Positions 29,630 through 39,243 are shown, counted from the stretch's first letter. The stretch: DNA of 64,000 nucleotides from Candidatus Obscuribacterales bacterium (GCA_965228855.1 CBDDIJ010000002.1:1792001-1856000); one strand, 5' to 3'. Made by a program: numbers and translations. The notes: a model not told the origin generated them from the sequence alone.

Positions 29630-31351
29630 ATGCTGGTCGGAAAAACAAGGAATGACGTGGATAGGCTTTGGGACGCTTTTCACAGTGGTGGCATTACAAA
29701 TCCTGTCAGTGTAATCGAACAAATAAACTATCTCCTATTCATCAGGAGGTTGGATGATATCGAATCCCGAGCAGAACGACTGGCAACCAGAACCGGCGAA
29801 GCCACCAGACGGATATTTGACAAAAACCAGCAAGAGTTGCGGTGGTCAAGTTTCAAACAACTAAAGCCAGAAATGATGCTCACGTTGGTTCAGGAAAAGG
29901 TATTTCCCTTTATCAAAAGTCTGGGTGCAAGCAACGGAGAGGGACAATCGAACCTCACAACGTTTTCGAAAACGTTGTCTGATGCCGTCTTTCTGATTCC
30001 TAAGGCTAGCCTGTTGTCTTCTGCAGTAGAACTTATTTCTGGACTGGATCTCGATAACGCAGACACTGCTGGCGATCTCTATGAGTATTTGCTGTCGAAG
30101 CTAGCAACTTCTGGAATTAACGGTCAGTTTCGGACGCCCCGGCACATCATACGGATGATGGTTGAGCTGATGGACCCGGACATTGTTGAGCGCATTTGCG
30201 ATCCGGCTTGCGGAACAGCTGGATTTTTATTCACAGCTCTACAGTACATTTTGGAAAAATATACAAGTCCAAAGATGGTCCAGGTCGAAGAGGACGGAAC
30301 ACGGCACGGCTTCATTGGCGACTTGATGAGTCCTGAGCAAAGGAAAAAGTTCGAGCGAGATACCTTCTTCGGTTTTGATTTTGACGCTACTATGCTCCGG
30401 GTAGCATCCATGAATATGTGGCTGCACGGTATCGAAGCTCCCAGTATTTCGTACGCTGATACGCTGTCGAAGAGCTTTGAGCAGGAATCTTGTTACGACC
30501 TGATTCTGGCGAATCCTCCTTTTAAGGGAAAGTTGGACTATGGTGATTGTAGTCCAAGCTTGCTTTCTGAAGTCAAAACGAAAAACACTGAGCTATTGTT
30601 TCTGATACTCGCTTTGCGGTTACTGGATATCGGCGGGCGTGCGGCGATCATCGTTCCGGACGGAGTATTGTTTAATTCCAGCAATGCGCATCTCACTGTA
30701 AGAAAACAGCTAGTTGAAGATCATCAGCTTGAAGGTGTGATCAGCATGCCTAGCGGTATTTTCAAACCTTATGCAGGGGTTTCAACTGCCGTGCTTATTT
30801 TCTCGAAAGGTGGCCAAACCGATAAAGTTTGGTTCTATGACATGGAACACGACGGCTACAGTCTCGATGATAAACGGCAAAAATTAGATCAAAATGACAT
30901 TCCAGATATCATCGCATGCTGGAAACACAGGCATGACCAGGCGTTCGATCGCGATCGGCAATCCAGGATGACAGCGTTAACCGAAGAAATGGCGCCATTG
31001 AAGCGGGAGCGGCTGGAACATCAACAAGGAATCGATCAACTGGTTTTTGACAGCGTCATTGCTGCAGGAGATGCTCTGAAAAACACAGAGCTAGGAAAGC
31101 AGAAATCAGAACTTGAGAAGCTTGACGAGCGAATCCATCTTCTACAGCGTGAGTTCAATCAATTGAGTCGACAATTTTGGGTGACCAAAACCCGCATCGT
31201 TGACAATGATTTTGATCTGCGCGCTAGCCAATATCGACGAATTGAACGGGACGAAATCTATTTTCCGGAAGCATCCACGATATTTGATCGGTTGCAGCGG
31301 CTGCAAACCGCCACTGATGCGCAGTTGAAGAAAGTAGAGGCGCTGATATGA
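29630..31351 (+). CDS. hsdM: Type I R-M methyltransferase subunit
   Basis: GQFRTPRH, DPACGTAGF, NPPF; GGAGG RBS. Confidence 0.95.
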   Translation: MLVGKTRNDVDRLWDAFHSGGITNPVSVIEQINYLLFIRRLDDIESRAERLATRTGEATRRIFDKNQQELRWSSFKQLKPEMMLTLVQEKVFPFIKSLGASNGEGQSNLTTFSKTLSDAVFLIPKASLLSSAVELISGLDLDNADTAGDLYEYLLSKLATSGINGQFRTPRHIIRMMVELMDPDIVERICDPACGTAGFLFTALQYILEKYTSPKMVQVEEDGTRHGFIGDLMSPEQRKKFERDTFFGFDFDATMLRVASMNMWLHGIEAPSISYADTLSKSFEQESCYDLILANPPFKGKLDYGDCSPSLLSEVKTKNTELLFLILALRLLDIGGRAAIIVPDGVLFNSSNAHLTVRKQLVEDHQLEGVISMPSGIFKPYAGVSTAVLIFSKGGQTDKVWFYDMEHDGYSLDDKRQKLDQNDIPDIIACWKHRHDQAFDRDRQSRMTALTEEMAPLKRERLEHQQGIDQLVFDSVIAAGDALKNTELGKQKSELEKLDERIHLLQREFNQLSRQFWVTKTRIVDNDFDLRASQYRRIERDEIYFPEASTIFDRLQRLQTATDAQLKKVEALI

Positions 31352-32574
31352 GTAAAAGTACAGTCAAGCTCTCCGATATAGCAGCCGTATTTAACGGAAA
31401 GACGCCCTCGACCAACGAACAACGAAACACCGGTCATCCCGTTCTTAAAATCAAAGACGTGACAGAACTTGGTCAGTTCACCGGGCGATTCGAGTCCTTC
31501 ATCGACCTGGGACTCGCTGCGGGCTTGCGAGACAAACAACTGGAAGACGGAGATACGTTGATTCTTAACGCAGCTCATCATGCAGATTATGTTGGTTCTA
31601 AAACCTATTTTGCTGATCGGGCCGTTAGAGGCGCTGTACCTACTGGCGAATGGTTGGTAGTTCGCGGTCACGACGCAAATGTTCGGAAGAGATACCTATT
31701 CTATTGGCTCAATTCGACGCCAATCCGCAGGCAGATTCGGCAGCTGGTCAAGGGAATTCATCTGTATCCAACTGACGTCGAAGAGTTGGAATTCGTCGTG
31801 CCAACATTAGAGAAGCAGGACCAGATCGTGGATGCGTTGGATAACGTTGGGTGCTTGCTCAAGTTGAGAAGAACGGCTACTGAAGCCACTGAAAAACTGT
31901 CTATTGCAATATTCCTCAAAATGTTTGGCGACCCGCTTAAGAATCCACATGGTTGGACTTCTCACAAACTGGGTTCTCTTGGCGAGCTAGACCGGGGAAG
32001 ATCGAGAAACCGTCCGCGCAATGCGCCAGAATTGTATGGTGGCCCTTATCCCTTCATACAAACTGGTGATATTGCGAACTCCGGCGGATATATCCGAGGT
32101 TATCAACAGACTTACTCGGAGAAAGGCTTAGCTCAAAGTAAGTTATGGCCGGAGGGAACGTTATGTATCACCATCGCTGCAAACATCGGAAAGACGGCTA
32201 TTCTGACATTTCCTGCATGTTTCCCAGACAGTGTTGTGGGCTTCTCGCCAAATAAAAAGACAACAACCGAGTTCATTCAATTTTGGCTTCAAATGATGCA
32301 GAAGGAGATCGAGAGAAACGCTCCTGAGTCTGCACAAAAAAATATTAACTTGGAAATATTGCGAGAGCTTGACGTTGCGCTACCCCCAATTGGTCTGCAG
32401 AAAAAGTTTGCAGTCACTGTTGGAGAAATTGAAAAAATGCGCATGCAGAACCTTGAGTCAGAACGCCAAGTGGAGGAGTTGTTTGACTCCTTAATGGATA
32501 AGATTTTTGACAAGGACGACCTGACACAAAACACAAAACCTATTGCACGCGCTGCTGTAATCACCCCGGTGTAG
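31348..32574 (+). CDS. hsdS: Type I R-M specificity subunit
   Basis: Two TRDs separated by conserved PTLEKQ..I / FLKMFGDP / PPIGLQKKF; ATGA overlap with hsdM. Confidence 0.95.
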   Translation: MSKSTVKLSDIAAVFNGKTPSTNEQRNTGHPVLKIKDVTELGQFTGRFESFIDLGLAAGLRDKQLEDGDTLILNAAHHADYVGSKTYFADRAVRGAVPTGEWLVVRGHDANVRKRYLFYWLNSTPIRRQIRQLVKGIHLYPTDVEELEFVVPTLEKQDQIVDALDNVGCLLKLRRTATEATEKLSIAIFLKMFGDPLKNPHGWTSHKLGSLGELDRGRSRNRPRNAPELYGGPYPFIQTGDIANSGGYIRGYQQTYSEKGLAQSKLWPEGTLCITIAANIGKTAILTFPACFPDSVVGFSPNKKTTTEFIQFWLQMMQKEIERNAPESAQKNINLEILRELDVALPPIGLQKKFAVTVGEIEKMRMQNLESERQVEELFDSLMDKIFDKDDLTQNTKPIARAAVITPV

Positions 32575-32889
32575 TAGTCCAAAGAAAATTCCAATTACAG
32601 CTGGCGAACCAACTTTGGCTATTCCCGATTCGCGGCATTTCAGGGTTTACCCTATGGTGCGATTTTCGAAAGCGGCGGTACGATAAATACATGGCGCTCG
32701 ACGCGTCAATTTAACCCGAAGCAAGCTGAAGATACAGGCGCCTCGGGCTTTTTGTTTGACCAGATTTGACGCACATTTCTGGTTCTTCCTGCAAATTCTT
32801 TTTGCTTCTTCAACTTTTGCGATCAGGCTTCGACATTACCTGAGCGCTATCTTCGTGCACCGTCAATGGTGCCTCATAAGGAGAACACA

Positions 32890-33177
32890 ATGTCAAACGA
32901 CAGAAAACTAGAGGTCGTTCAGTCGACCGCAATCCCCGTAATCACACCAAGATTTCAATCAGATCTTCTTACGCGCCGCGAGGCAGCAGCATACCTCGGA
33001 GTAACCCCCGAAACGCTGGCTGTATGGGCTTCAACGAGGCGCTACCCACTCCGGTTTGTAAAAGTCGGAAGGTTAGCAAAATACAGAAAAGCTGATCTCG
33101 ATGCATTCATCAACAGCCGCACAGTCAGTTGCGGTTATCGAAATGGCGAAAACGAAATCGCCTGGAGGACATCATGA
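32890..33177 (+). CDS. Excisionase-like HTH (HTH_17) protein
   Basis: LLTRREAAAYLGV...TL..W....FVKVGR..KYRKADLDAFI; AAGGAG RBS. Confidence 0.85.
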   Translation: MSNDRKLEVVQSTAIPVITPRFQSDLLTRREAAAYLGVTPETLAVWASTRRYPLRFVKVGRLAKYRKADLDAFINSRTVSCGYRNGENEIAWRTS

Positions 33178-33398
33178 CAGATGCGAACAACCTTCAGCTC
33201 TTTACTGTACGTGATGCAGCAAAATTGCTCGATATGTCGGAACACACAATACGCAGATTAATCAAACAACGCAAGCTGCCAGTGGTTCGAATTGAACAGC
33301 GCATCATGCTCACCAGGAGCGGAATCGCACACCTAATCAAAAAGAACACTTACGCAATACCAAGCGTGTGTCCTAGAAGCGGAATCATCTTCCGCTAA
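33174..33398 (+). CDS. Excisionase-like HTH protein
   Basis: FTVRDAAKLLDMSEHTIRRLIKQRKLPVVRI; ATGA overlap. Confidence 0.8.
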   Translation: MTDANNLQLFTVRDAAKLLDMSEHTIRRLIKQRKLPVVRIEQRIMLTRSGIAHLIKKNTYAIPSVCPRSGIIFR

Positions 33399-33473
33399 TC
33401 GCTAAACAAAAACTTTTCGGGAGGAGAGGGCTGAAGTATTCAGCTCTCTCCTTCGCGCCTAAGGAGAAACACA

Positions 33474-33887
33474 ATGGAAAAACTCAACTTAAAAGACGCT
33501 GTTGCCTTCGGAAATTCAGCGTTTACGCGACTCGACCGAGCCGAAGCTCTCTACGAAGAACTCGTCGAAAAACTCTATGCGCTCGGTGAAGATGTCGCGA
33601 ATCGCATCGAATCACCTGAGCGCGTTGCCAATGCCCTCATCAAAGCTGCGCAAGCGCAAGTCGGACGACGAAATGGTTTCCGCCTCGCCGAAAAGGCGCT
33701 GACCACAGCATATCGAATCGTTGCGAAAATCGCTCCAGCAGATAATGCGCGCATCATCACAATCTACAAGCTTCTCGGTCACGTTTGTTGCAGACAAGGC
33801 AAGCACCGTGAAGCGATGAAATACAACGCGCTCGCCCTTGTACTGCAAGTCAACCCACAACCAATCTCAATACGGAGCGGGCAGTAA
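33474..33887 (+). CDS. Small TPR-like protein
   Basis: AEALY..., LGHVCCRQGKHREAMKY; AAGGAG RBS. Confidence 0.6.
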   Translation: MEKLNLKDAVAFGNSAFTRLDRAEALYEELVEKLYALGEDVANRIESPERVANALIKAAQAQVGRRNGFRLAEKALTTAYRIVAKIAPADNARIITIYKLLGHVCCRQGKHREAMKYNALALVLQVNPQPISIRSGQ

Positions 33888-33933
33888 TGCCCGCTCTTCT
33901 CGCTTGTTTCAAGCGCACCAAGAGGAACTGAAC

Positions 33934-35016
33934 ATGGCTAACATGGATTTTGAAGCCTGTTATCGAGCACTGGAACTACCGTTCGGTGCTGGTCTTAAAG
34001 AAATCAACGAACGCTGGCGCAAATTGTCGCGAATTCACCACCCTGATCGTCACGCGCGCAATCCGAACAACCATCAGATAGCACTTGAAAAACAAAAGCA
34101 ATTGAACAATGCGCGCGACATCCTGAAGAAATGGTTTGAGACGAACCCGCATGCAACCCCGCCCCGTAGCACGACTGGTTCTCAGCAGACGCAGAACAAA
34201 TCGGCGAACACGAATACATCAAGCAACAATGCCAACAAATCTCAATCAAACAACACGAACTCACAAACAGAACAAGGAACTCAAAGCAAACACCAATCGC
34301 ATGCGAGTCAAAATCAACGGCAAGCCAATTCGCAAGCGAAGTCGTCAACTTCATCGCAAGGAGCGTCGGCAAAGCCTCCAAATACTGGCTGGTTCGCGGC
34401 TTCCGAGTTAAAACTGACGCCGATGCAAGACCTTGTTGAGAAGATCGACAAACACTGCTGTCGCGGCACCGACCCATCTTTTGTCGGAATGATTCTTGCA
34501 TTCGCAGCCATCTTCGGACCGCTCTTCGTGATATCGGGAACGCTCGGCTCCATATTCCCTGAGCTGCCAGGACACTACCCAGATTGGCTGATGATGACGA
34601 TGTTAGGTGCCTCTGGTTGGTGCACATGCTACATCTTTCGTTGGTTCTTCGCAGAAGCTGAACTAATAAAGCTCCAGCAGAAAGAGATGTACTTCCGCAG
34701 TGGTCGCAGCCTCGGTGATACCGTTGACCTCGCGAAAAGCATCATCGAAAAGCACACCGTTCCAAATGGAAGCTGGAGGTTCGCCGCAACTGGTGGCGCT
34801 ACTGAAGCAACGCTACACTTCGAAGAAGAAGTCTTTCCTGAAGTGAAGCGCTCTCGTTGCTTGAAGATTCGCTTCGAAGCCAGACATGGAGCCTACGCAG
34901 TGGTATTCGCAATGCAAGTCAAAGCGACTTCACCGATCAACTCCTTCTCCTGTAAGCGAGTTGCGGAAAATGTTGTTACTGACCTCAAGAAAGAGCTGCA
35001 AGAAATAGCAGCCTAA
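33934..35016 (+). CDS. J-domain (DnaJ-like) membrane protein
   Basis: YRALEL...I...WRKL..IHHPD...LNNARDIL; Q/N/S linker; two TM segments; C-terminal alpha/beta domain. Confidence 0.85.
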   Translation: MANMDFEACYRALELPFGAGLKEINERWRKLSRIHHPDRHARNPNNHQIALEKQKQLNNARDILKKWFETNPHATPPRSTTGSQQTQNKSANTNTSSNNANKSQSNNTNSQTEQGTQSKHQSHASQNQRQANSQAKSSTSSQGASAKPPNTGWFAASELKLTPMQDLVEKIDKHCCRGTDPSFVGMILAFAAIFGPLFVISGTLGSIFPELPGHYPDWLMMTMLGASGWCTCYIFRWFFAEAELIKLQQKEMYFRSGRSLGDTVDLAKSIIEKHTVPNGSWRFAATGGATEATLHFEEEVFPEVKRSRCLKIRFEARHGAYAVVFAMQVKATSPINSFSCKRVAENVVTDLKKELQEIAA

Positions 35017-35026
35017 AAACTCATCG

Positions 35027-35060
35027 ACGGGCTCGGCTGGATGCCGGGTCCGTTTCTTTT
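35027..35060 (+). terminator. Rho-independent terminator
   Basis: ACGGGCTCGGC-tggat-GCCGGGTCCGT then TTCTTTT. Confidence 0.7.
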
Positions 35061-35094
35061 ACTAGTCCTTGAATGAACCTGACGACCCGTCTTG

Positions 35095-35712
35095 ACTCGC
35101 CCCGCTTTCTCACTTTGCGAGCGAAGGCGGGCGATAGACGGCAGATGCAAAACAAGCGCGCCTTCGCCCTGGAGATTTTAGCGGAGCGGTCAAGACACAC
35201 AGGGCAAGCAAAGCAGCGCGCTGATGCACCCGTCTCGATCATTTCCGCTCAGGACAAACGAATCCGGCAGTAGCACCGCGAACTTCTTCGCTTGCCCGGC
35301 TGGGGCGCAGTGACTGTGACTCTTGGTTGCACTCCGGCCGTTCCTGCCATGAGGCTGTGTTTCCGCGCCTGCTGCCACTGCGTACCTTTGTGATTTTCGG
35401 CCGCTGACGACCAGTTCCCGCCGAATGTACTTCGTTTGTTCTCGCCATATTGACTACGCTCTTCTTCCGCAACCGGGCAGCACGCCTTGTTATCTGCACC
35501 GACGGAAACCGGAGCGCACACCGACAAGCCCGTCCGAGAACGAGTTGAGGCAATTGGCGACCACCGGTGCATGTCTTAACGTGCCGACAGTGACACAACT
35601 TTTTGCTTGCTGCAATGGCAAACCCTAAAGGGCGCTGCGCGTCCATGCAGCATCAAAAAGCGCATGCGCGGCTGACGCTTGTGTCTTTTTCCGAGGCACT
35701 AACACGCACTGG
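35095..35712. other. ~620-bp non-coding, extensively self-complementary region upstream of ssb
   Basis: Successive stems, e.g. AGGACAAACGAA/TTCGTTTGTTCT, TCGCCA/TGGCGA, CCGGTGC..GTGCC..GACACAA..TGCTGCA / TGCAGCA..TTGTGTC..GGCAC..GCACTGG. Confidence 0.7.
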
Positions 35713-35721
35713 AGGTGCCAA

Positions 35722-36078
35722 ATGAACAACTCAATCACCATCGTCGGACATGTCGGACAAGCTCCCCACACAGTCTCTTTCGGAGACACCGGCAACAAGG
35801 TCGTGAAATTCTCAGTTGCGGTAAAAGAGTTTTCTTCCAATACCGACGAAGACAAAACAATGTGGATCGACATTGACGCCTGGAACGGTCTTGGTGAGCG
35901 CGTCTTGAAGAGCATCACAAAGGGACGCGAAGTAGTGGTAAATGGCCGGCTAGCGATAAGCACATATCCCAAGGAAGTAAACGGTGTCAAAGTGCAAATG
36001 ACAAAGCCAGTCATTAAGCTCACCAGCTTCCACCTCTGTGGCAAGAAGCCAGCTCGGGATGAGGCGCAGTCTGCCTAG
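35722..36078 (+). CDS. ssb: Single-stranded DNA-binding protein (short, no acidic tail)
   Basis: N.ITIVGHVG..P, FSVAV, T.WID..AW, KGREV.V.GRL. Confidence 0.9.
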   Translation: MNNSITIVGHVGQAPHTVSFGDTGNKVVKFSVAVKEFSSNTDEDKTMWIDIDAWNGLGERVLKSITKGREVVVNGRLAISTYPKEVNGVKVQMTKPVIKLTSFHLCGKKPARDEAQSA

Positions 36079-36102
36079 TTCTCTATCCATAAGCGGAATC
36101 GA

Positions 36103-36141
36103 AGCAGGGGCTACGGTCCCTGCTAATTCCTTTTTCTTTTT
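36103..36141 (+). terminator. Terminator with C(UACG)G tetraloop
   Basis: AGCAGGGGC-TACG-GTCCCTGCT followed by a T-rich run. Confidence 0.7.
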
Positions 36142-36424
36142 GCTTCATGTGCTGTCGTCACTGCTTCTCGTAGCCGCACTTAAGTATCGCCCCGCAGTAG
36201 TTATGTGGATATTCGAATGCGATAACGCAGTGCCTGGCTCGTATCGCCATCAGTCGCAGCAGCACTTTGTCTTAGCGTTTCTATTTCCTTGAGTTTACGA
36301 GGTCGGCGCCACCGCGCGTCAAGCGCATCGCAGCACATTTCTCTCCACTCTTACATCTCCGCTTGACCCACGGAGCCAACCCCGTGCCCCGGTTTTGAGG
36401 CGAAACGCCGCACTAACCAGAGGT

Positions 36425-37252
36425 ATGCACATGGAAAAGAAATACGGTCTTGAGTTGACCAACAACAGCAAGGCATCTTGGGCCTTCAGCTTGCCGCGCA
36501 GCGCTACTTGCATCGGCGCGACGGACATCTGCAAAAAGGTTTGTTATGGAAACGGAGTTCGGTATCGAACAAGCGGACAGAAAGCCCGTCGGGAACGCAA
36601 CCTTCGCACAATTGAACTTCTCTTGGCGAACGGGGGTCCCGAACGTCTCGCAGAAAATCTCATCGCGCTCATCGACACAGTTAGACCGAACGACTGGCTT
36701 GCAGCCTCGATAACCGGCACCCAGACCCAGACACCTTGGACACTGCGCATTCATGATGTTGGTGATTTCCATTCGCCGGAATACGTCAACGCATGGTTGC
36801 TCGCAGTTGAGCAGCGTCCGCTGTGCTCGTTCTGGTTCTATACGAGAAGTTTTTCCGATAAGCAGATCTTTGATGCAATGACTGAATTGGCATCAGCCGA
36901 GAATTGCAAGGGTTGGCTCAGTATCGATTCGGACAACTTCAATTCGGGCTTGCTTGCGTATGCGCAACGCCCAGGCGCATGGCAACTTGCATTGCTACAG
37001 GAGACTGAAGAACAGCTAGATTCGCAAGTGTTGCCAGCTATCGACAAATTTCTGCAAGCAAGGGAAGTTGTCTCCTTTCCGATTCATCGCGGTGGACACC
37101 ACGCTGAACTGATTCAGCATCCGGCGCTATTCACTTGCCCAGCGGTGATCGGCGTGCACAAATTACAGCCTGATTCGCACAAGCTGAGACCGTGCCAATC
37201 ATGCACATTCTGTTTGCCTTCACTTCCGAATTCCCTGGAGGTGAGAGCATGA
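36425..37252 (+). CDS. Gene-product-88-like Cys-rich (Fe-S) protein
   Basis: FSLP...TC.GA...C...CY, RIHDVGDF, FWFYTRS, CP...CQSCTFC. Confidence 0.75.
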   Translation: MHMEKKYGLELTNNSKASWAFSLPRSATCIGATDICKKVCYGNGVRYRTSGQKARRERNLRTIELLLANGGPERLAENLIALIDTVRPNDWLAASITGTQTQTPWTLRIHDVGDFHSPEYVNAWLLAVEQRPLCSFWFYTRSFSDKQIFDAMTELASAENCKGWLSIDSDNFNSGLLAYAQRPGAWQLALLQETEEQLDSQVLPAIDKFLQAREVVSFPIHRGGHHAELIQHPALFTCPAVIGVHKLQPDSHKLRPCQSCTFCLPSLPNSLEVRA

Positions 37253-37716
37253 ATAGCCGCACCTTGAAAAAACATCTCAAATACATCGTGCCTGAAATGC
37301 GTTTGGCTCTCATCAAAGAGCCCGGCGGAAAGCCTGTTCCTGTCGGCACACCGGCTGATCTTGAACAGTTTGTCGCGCCGTTGAAATTCTACTCGGAAGA
37401 GCATTTCGTGGCATTCCACCTCGATGCAAAAAATCAAGTTATCGGATACCACGTTGTCTCGCACGGCACCGTATCATCTAGCCTCGTGCACCCCCGCGAG
37501 GTTTTCAAAGCCGCACTGCTGGCTAACTCCCACGCCATGATCGTCGCGCATAATCATCCAACTGGTTCGCTCTCACCGAGCGATGAAGATATCGATGTTA
37601 CGCGCACACTGATCAAAGCCGGTGAATTGATAGGCATAAACGTGATTGACCACATCATTGTCAGTTCCAACGGCTTATGCAGTCTGCGTGAGACGCGAAG
37701 TTACTTGTGGCCGTAG
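37249..37716 (+). CDS. radC: RadC-like JAB/MPN protein
   Basis: VHPREVFK.A, HNHPTG...PS.ED, DHII. Confidence 0.9.
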   Translation: MNSRTLKKHLKYIVPEMRLALIKEPGGKPVPVGTPADLEQFVAPLKFYSEEHFVAFHLDAKNQVIGYHVVSHGTVSSSLVHPREVFKAALLANSHAMIVAHNHPTGSLSPSDEDIDVTRTLIKAGELIGINVIDHIIVSSNGLCSLRETRSYLWP

Positions 37717-37735
37717 ACGCAGGTGGATAAATACA

Positions 37736-37766
37736 AAGCAGCCCACCAACTAAGGGTGGGCTGCTT
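37736..37766. terminator. Hairpin between convergent genes
   Basis: AAGCAGCCCACC...GGTGGGCTGCTT. Confidence 0.65.
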
Positions 37767-37863
37767 ATACACTTTATAGAAAACTTGGTGGGAACGCTCA
37801 GAAGTCGACACGGAATAAGATTAGTTGAGCGAGACGGATACAGCGCTTGTTAGCGCAGCTGAC

Positions 37864-38193
37864 TTATGACACCAGGGGCGGTGTCTTACGTCTCACTGGC
37901 GGAAAGCGGACCACTTTGGATTCGCTTTTGACTGGCTGTTCTCTAGGTTCGGCGGCATTGCGCTTGCACCCGGTGCACAGCCTAACCTCGTCGTCTGTCA
38001 TTCTTGACAGTACGGTGAATAGATGATCTGTCTTCGTCTTTGCCGAAAGGCAATCGTAAACCCAATCCATTCGGGTTACGGGGACGATACAAACGAGATT
38101 GTTATCGGCGTCAATGATGGCGCCGACCGTAGAATCAAACCCTTTTACTTCTTTAGGGTTTCGCTTGGTGACCAAGGTCAGTTTAATTTCCAA
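37864..38193 (-). CDS. Hypothetical protein
   Basis: 109-aa ORF with GGAGG upstream; CxxC near the C-terminus. Confidence 0.5.
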   Translation of the reverse strand: MEIKLTLVTKRNPKEVKGFDSTVGAIIDADNNLVCIVPVTRMDWVYDCLSAKTKTDHLFTVLSRMTDDEVRLCTGCKRNAAEPREQPVKSESKVVRFPPVRRKTPPLVS

Positions 38194-38443
38194 TTTTCGA
38201 TCCTCCAGAGACTTGCATCTCTTTTCAATAGCCGTCGGCGCATCTCAAAGCGCCGCTAACGACTGGAAAGCGTGCTCGACTTCTGGGGCGTTTCTTTTTG
38301 GCGAGTGGTATGCCACTCGTTCCACCGATACCAGTGTCTCAAATCGAAGGCATCTGAACTACAGGAAAAACCCCGGGAACATTTCTGCGATGGCCGCGTC
38401 AGGTGCGAGTCAAGGCGATGTTCAGCAGCCCGCGCCCTGGTCA

Positions 38444-38800
38444 CTATTGCTTATATGCGGATTCGGCCGTACCTTCGTCCAAGTTGATCGTGATCATTTC
38501 CGGCTTGTCTTCGTACATTTGAATTTTAAGAAGCGAACCCTCATCGGTCTTCTGCACAGCTTCTATCTGCCCTAAGAACTTGTATTGGCGTACCTTTTCA
38601 GCTCCGCCGATTTGGCCCCCAGCGGAAGAAATACTCACGTCGAGCCATTTGGCTGACTTCCATAGCAGCTCAAGGGACTCGAATGAATGTTGATCTGGTG
38701 GGACTGTTATCGTGCAGATTCGTTCTTGCACGTTCCAATTCAGGTGAGTAAATCCGCCTATTTTCAAGGACTGGTCTGCCAGGGGTTTTTCGTTCGTCAT
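38444..38800 (-). CDS. Hypothetical protein
   Basis: MTNEKP start with AGGAG upstream; protein-like composition. Confidence 0.5.
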   Translation of the reverse strand: MTNEKPLADQSLKIGGFTHLNWNVQERICTITVPPDQHSFESLELLWKSAKWLDVSISSAGGQIGGAEKVRQYKFLGQIEAVQKTDEGSLLKIQMYEDKPEMITINLDEGTAESAYKQ

Positions 38801-39122
38801 TGTGCCTGCTCCTGAAGAGCAGTCGATCTTATCGCACCTTGGCGCGCGGCTGAGCGGGCAGCGAAGCCGAACCGGCGACGCGTATAACAAAGCTGGCCGT
38901 AAGCGCATCTTCAGGAAAATAAAATACATGGCGCCGGTGGATAAGCAGAAGGTAAGGGATTTGTCCAGTTGATTAGTCCTTCATCCTCCTCCCTAGTTGG
39001 GGTTCTTGTTTACCTTCGCCCAACCGTGTGACCGCCCCGCTTACTCCATCCACCGACTATTCAGGTTTCCCTGCGTGCTTCTATTGTCTGATGTTATTTA
39101 CTCAGGGCGCAAGCCTGTGCAA

Positions 39123-39243
39123 TTATGTTTTGGGTGCAATATGTGCCCCCAGAGGGCACGTTTTGCCCTTAAAGGATAACTGCGGTTATTATTTGGGTGT
39201 ATAATGTGTCCTGGGAGGGCACACTATGCGCCCAAATGATAAC
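39123..39243. promoter_or_regulatory. Two long inverted repeats: AbiEi autorepression operators
   Basis: IR at 39123-39179 and IR at 39185-39243 (28-bp arms, 23/28 complementary), the second containing TATAAT. Confidence 0.75.

Noticed and set aside
35021..35646. Short ORFs in the structured region
   Set aside because: Overlapping, motif-less and lacking RBS; better explained by self-complementary non-coding DNA.
35095..35712. Retron msr-msd or group II intron
   Set aside because: No reverse transcriptase in the window and no recognisable intron domain V.
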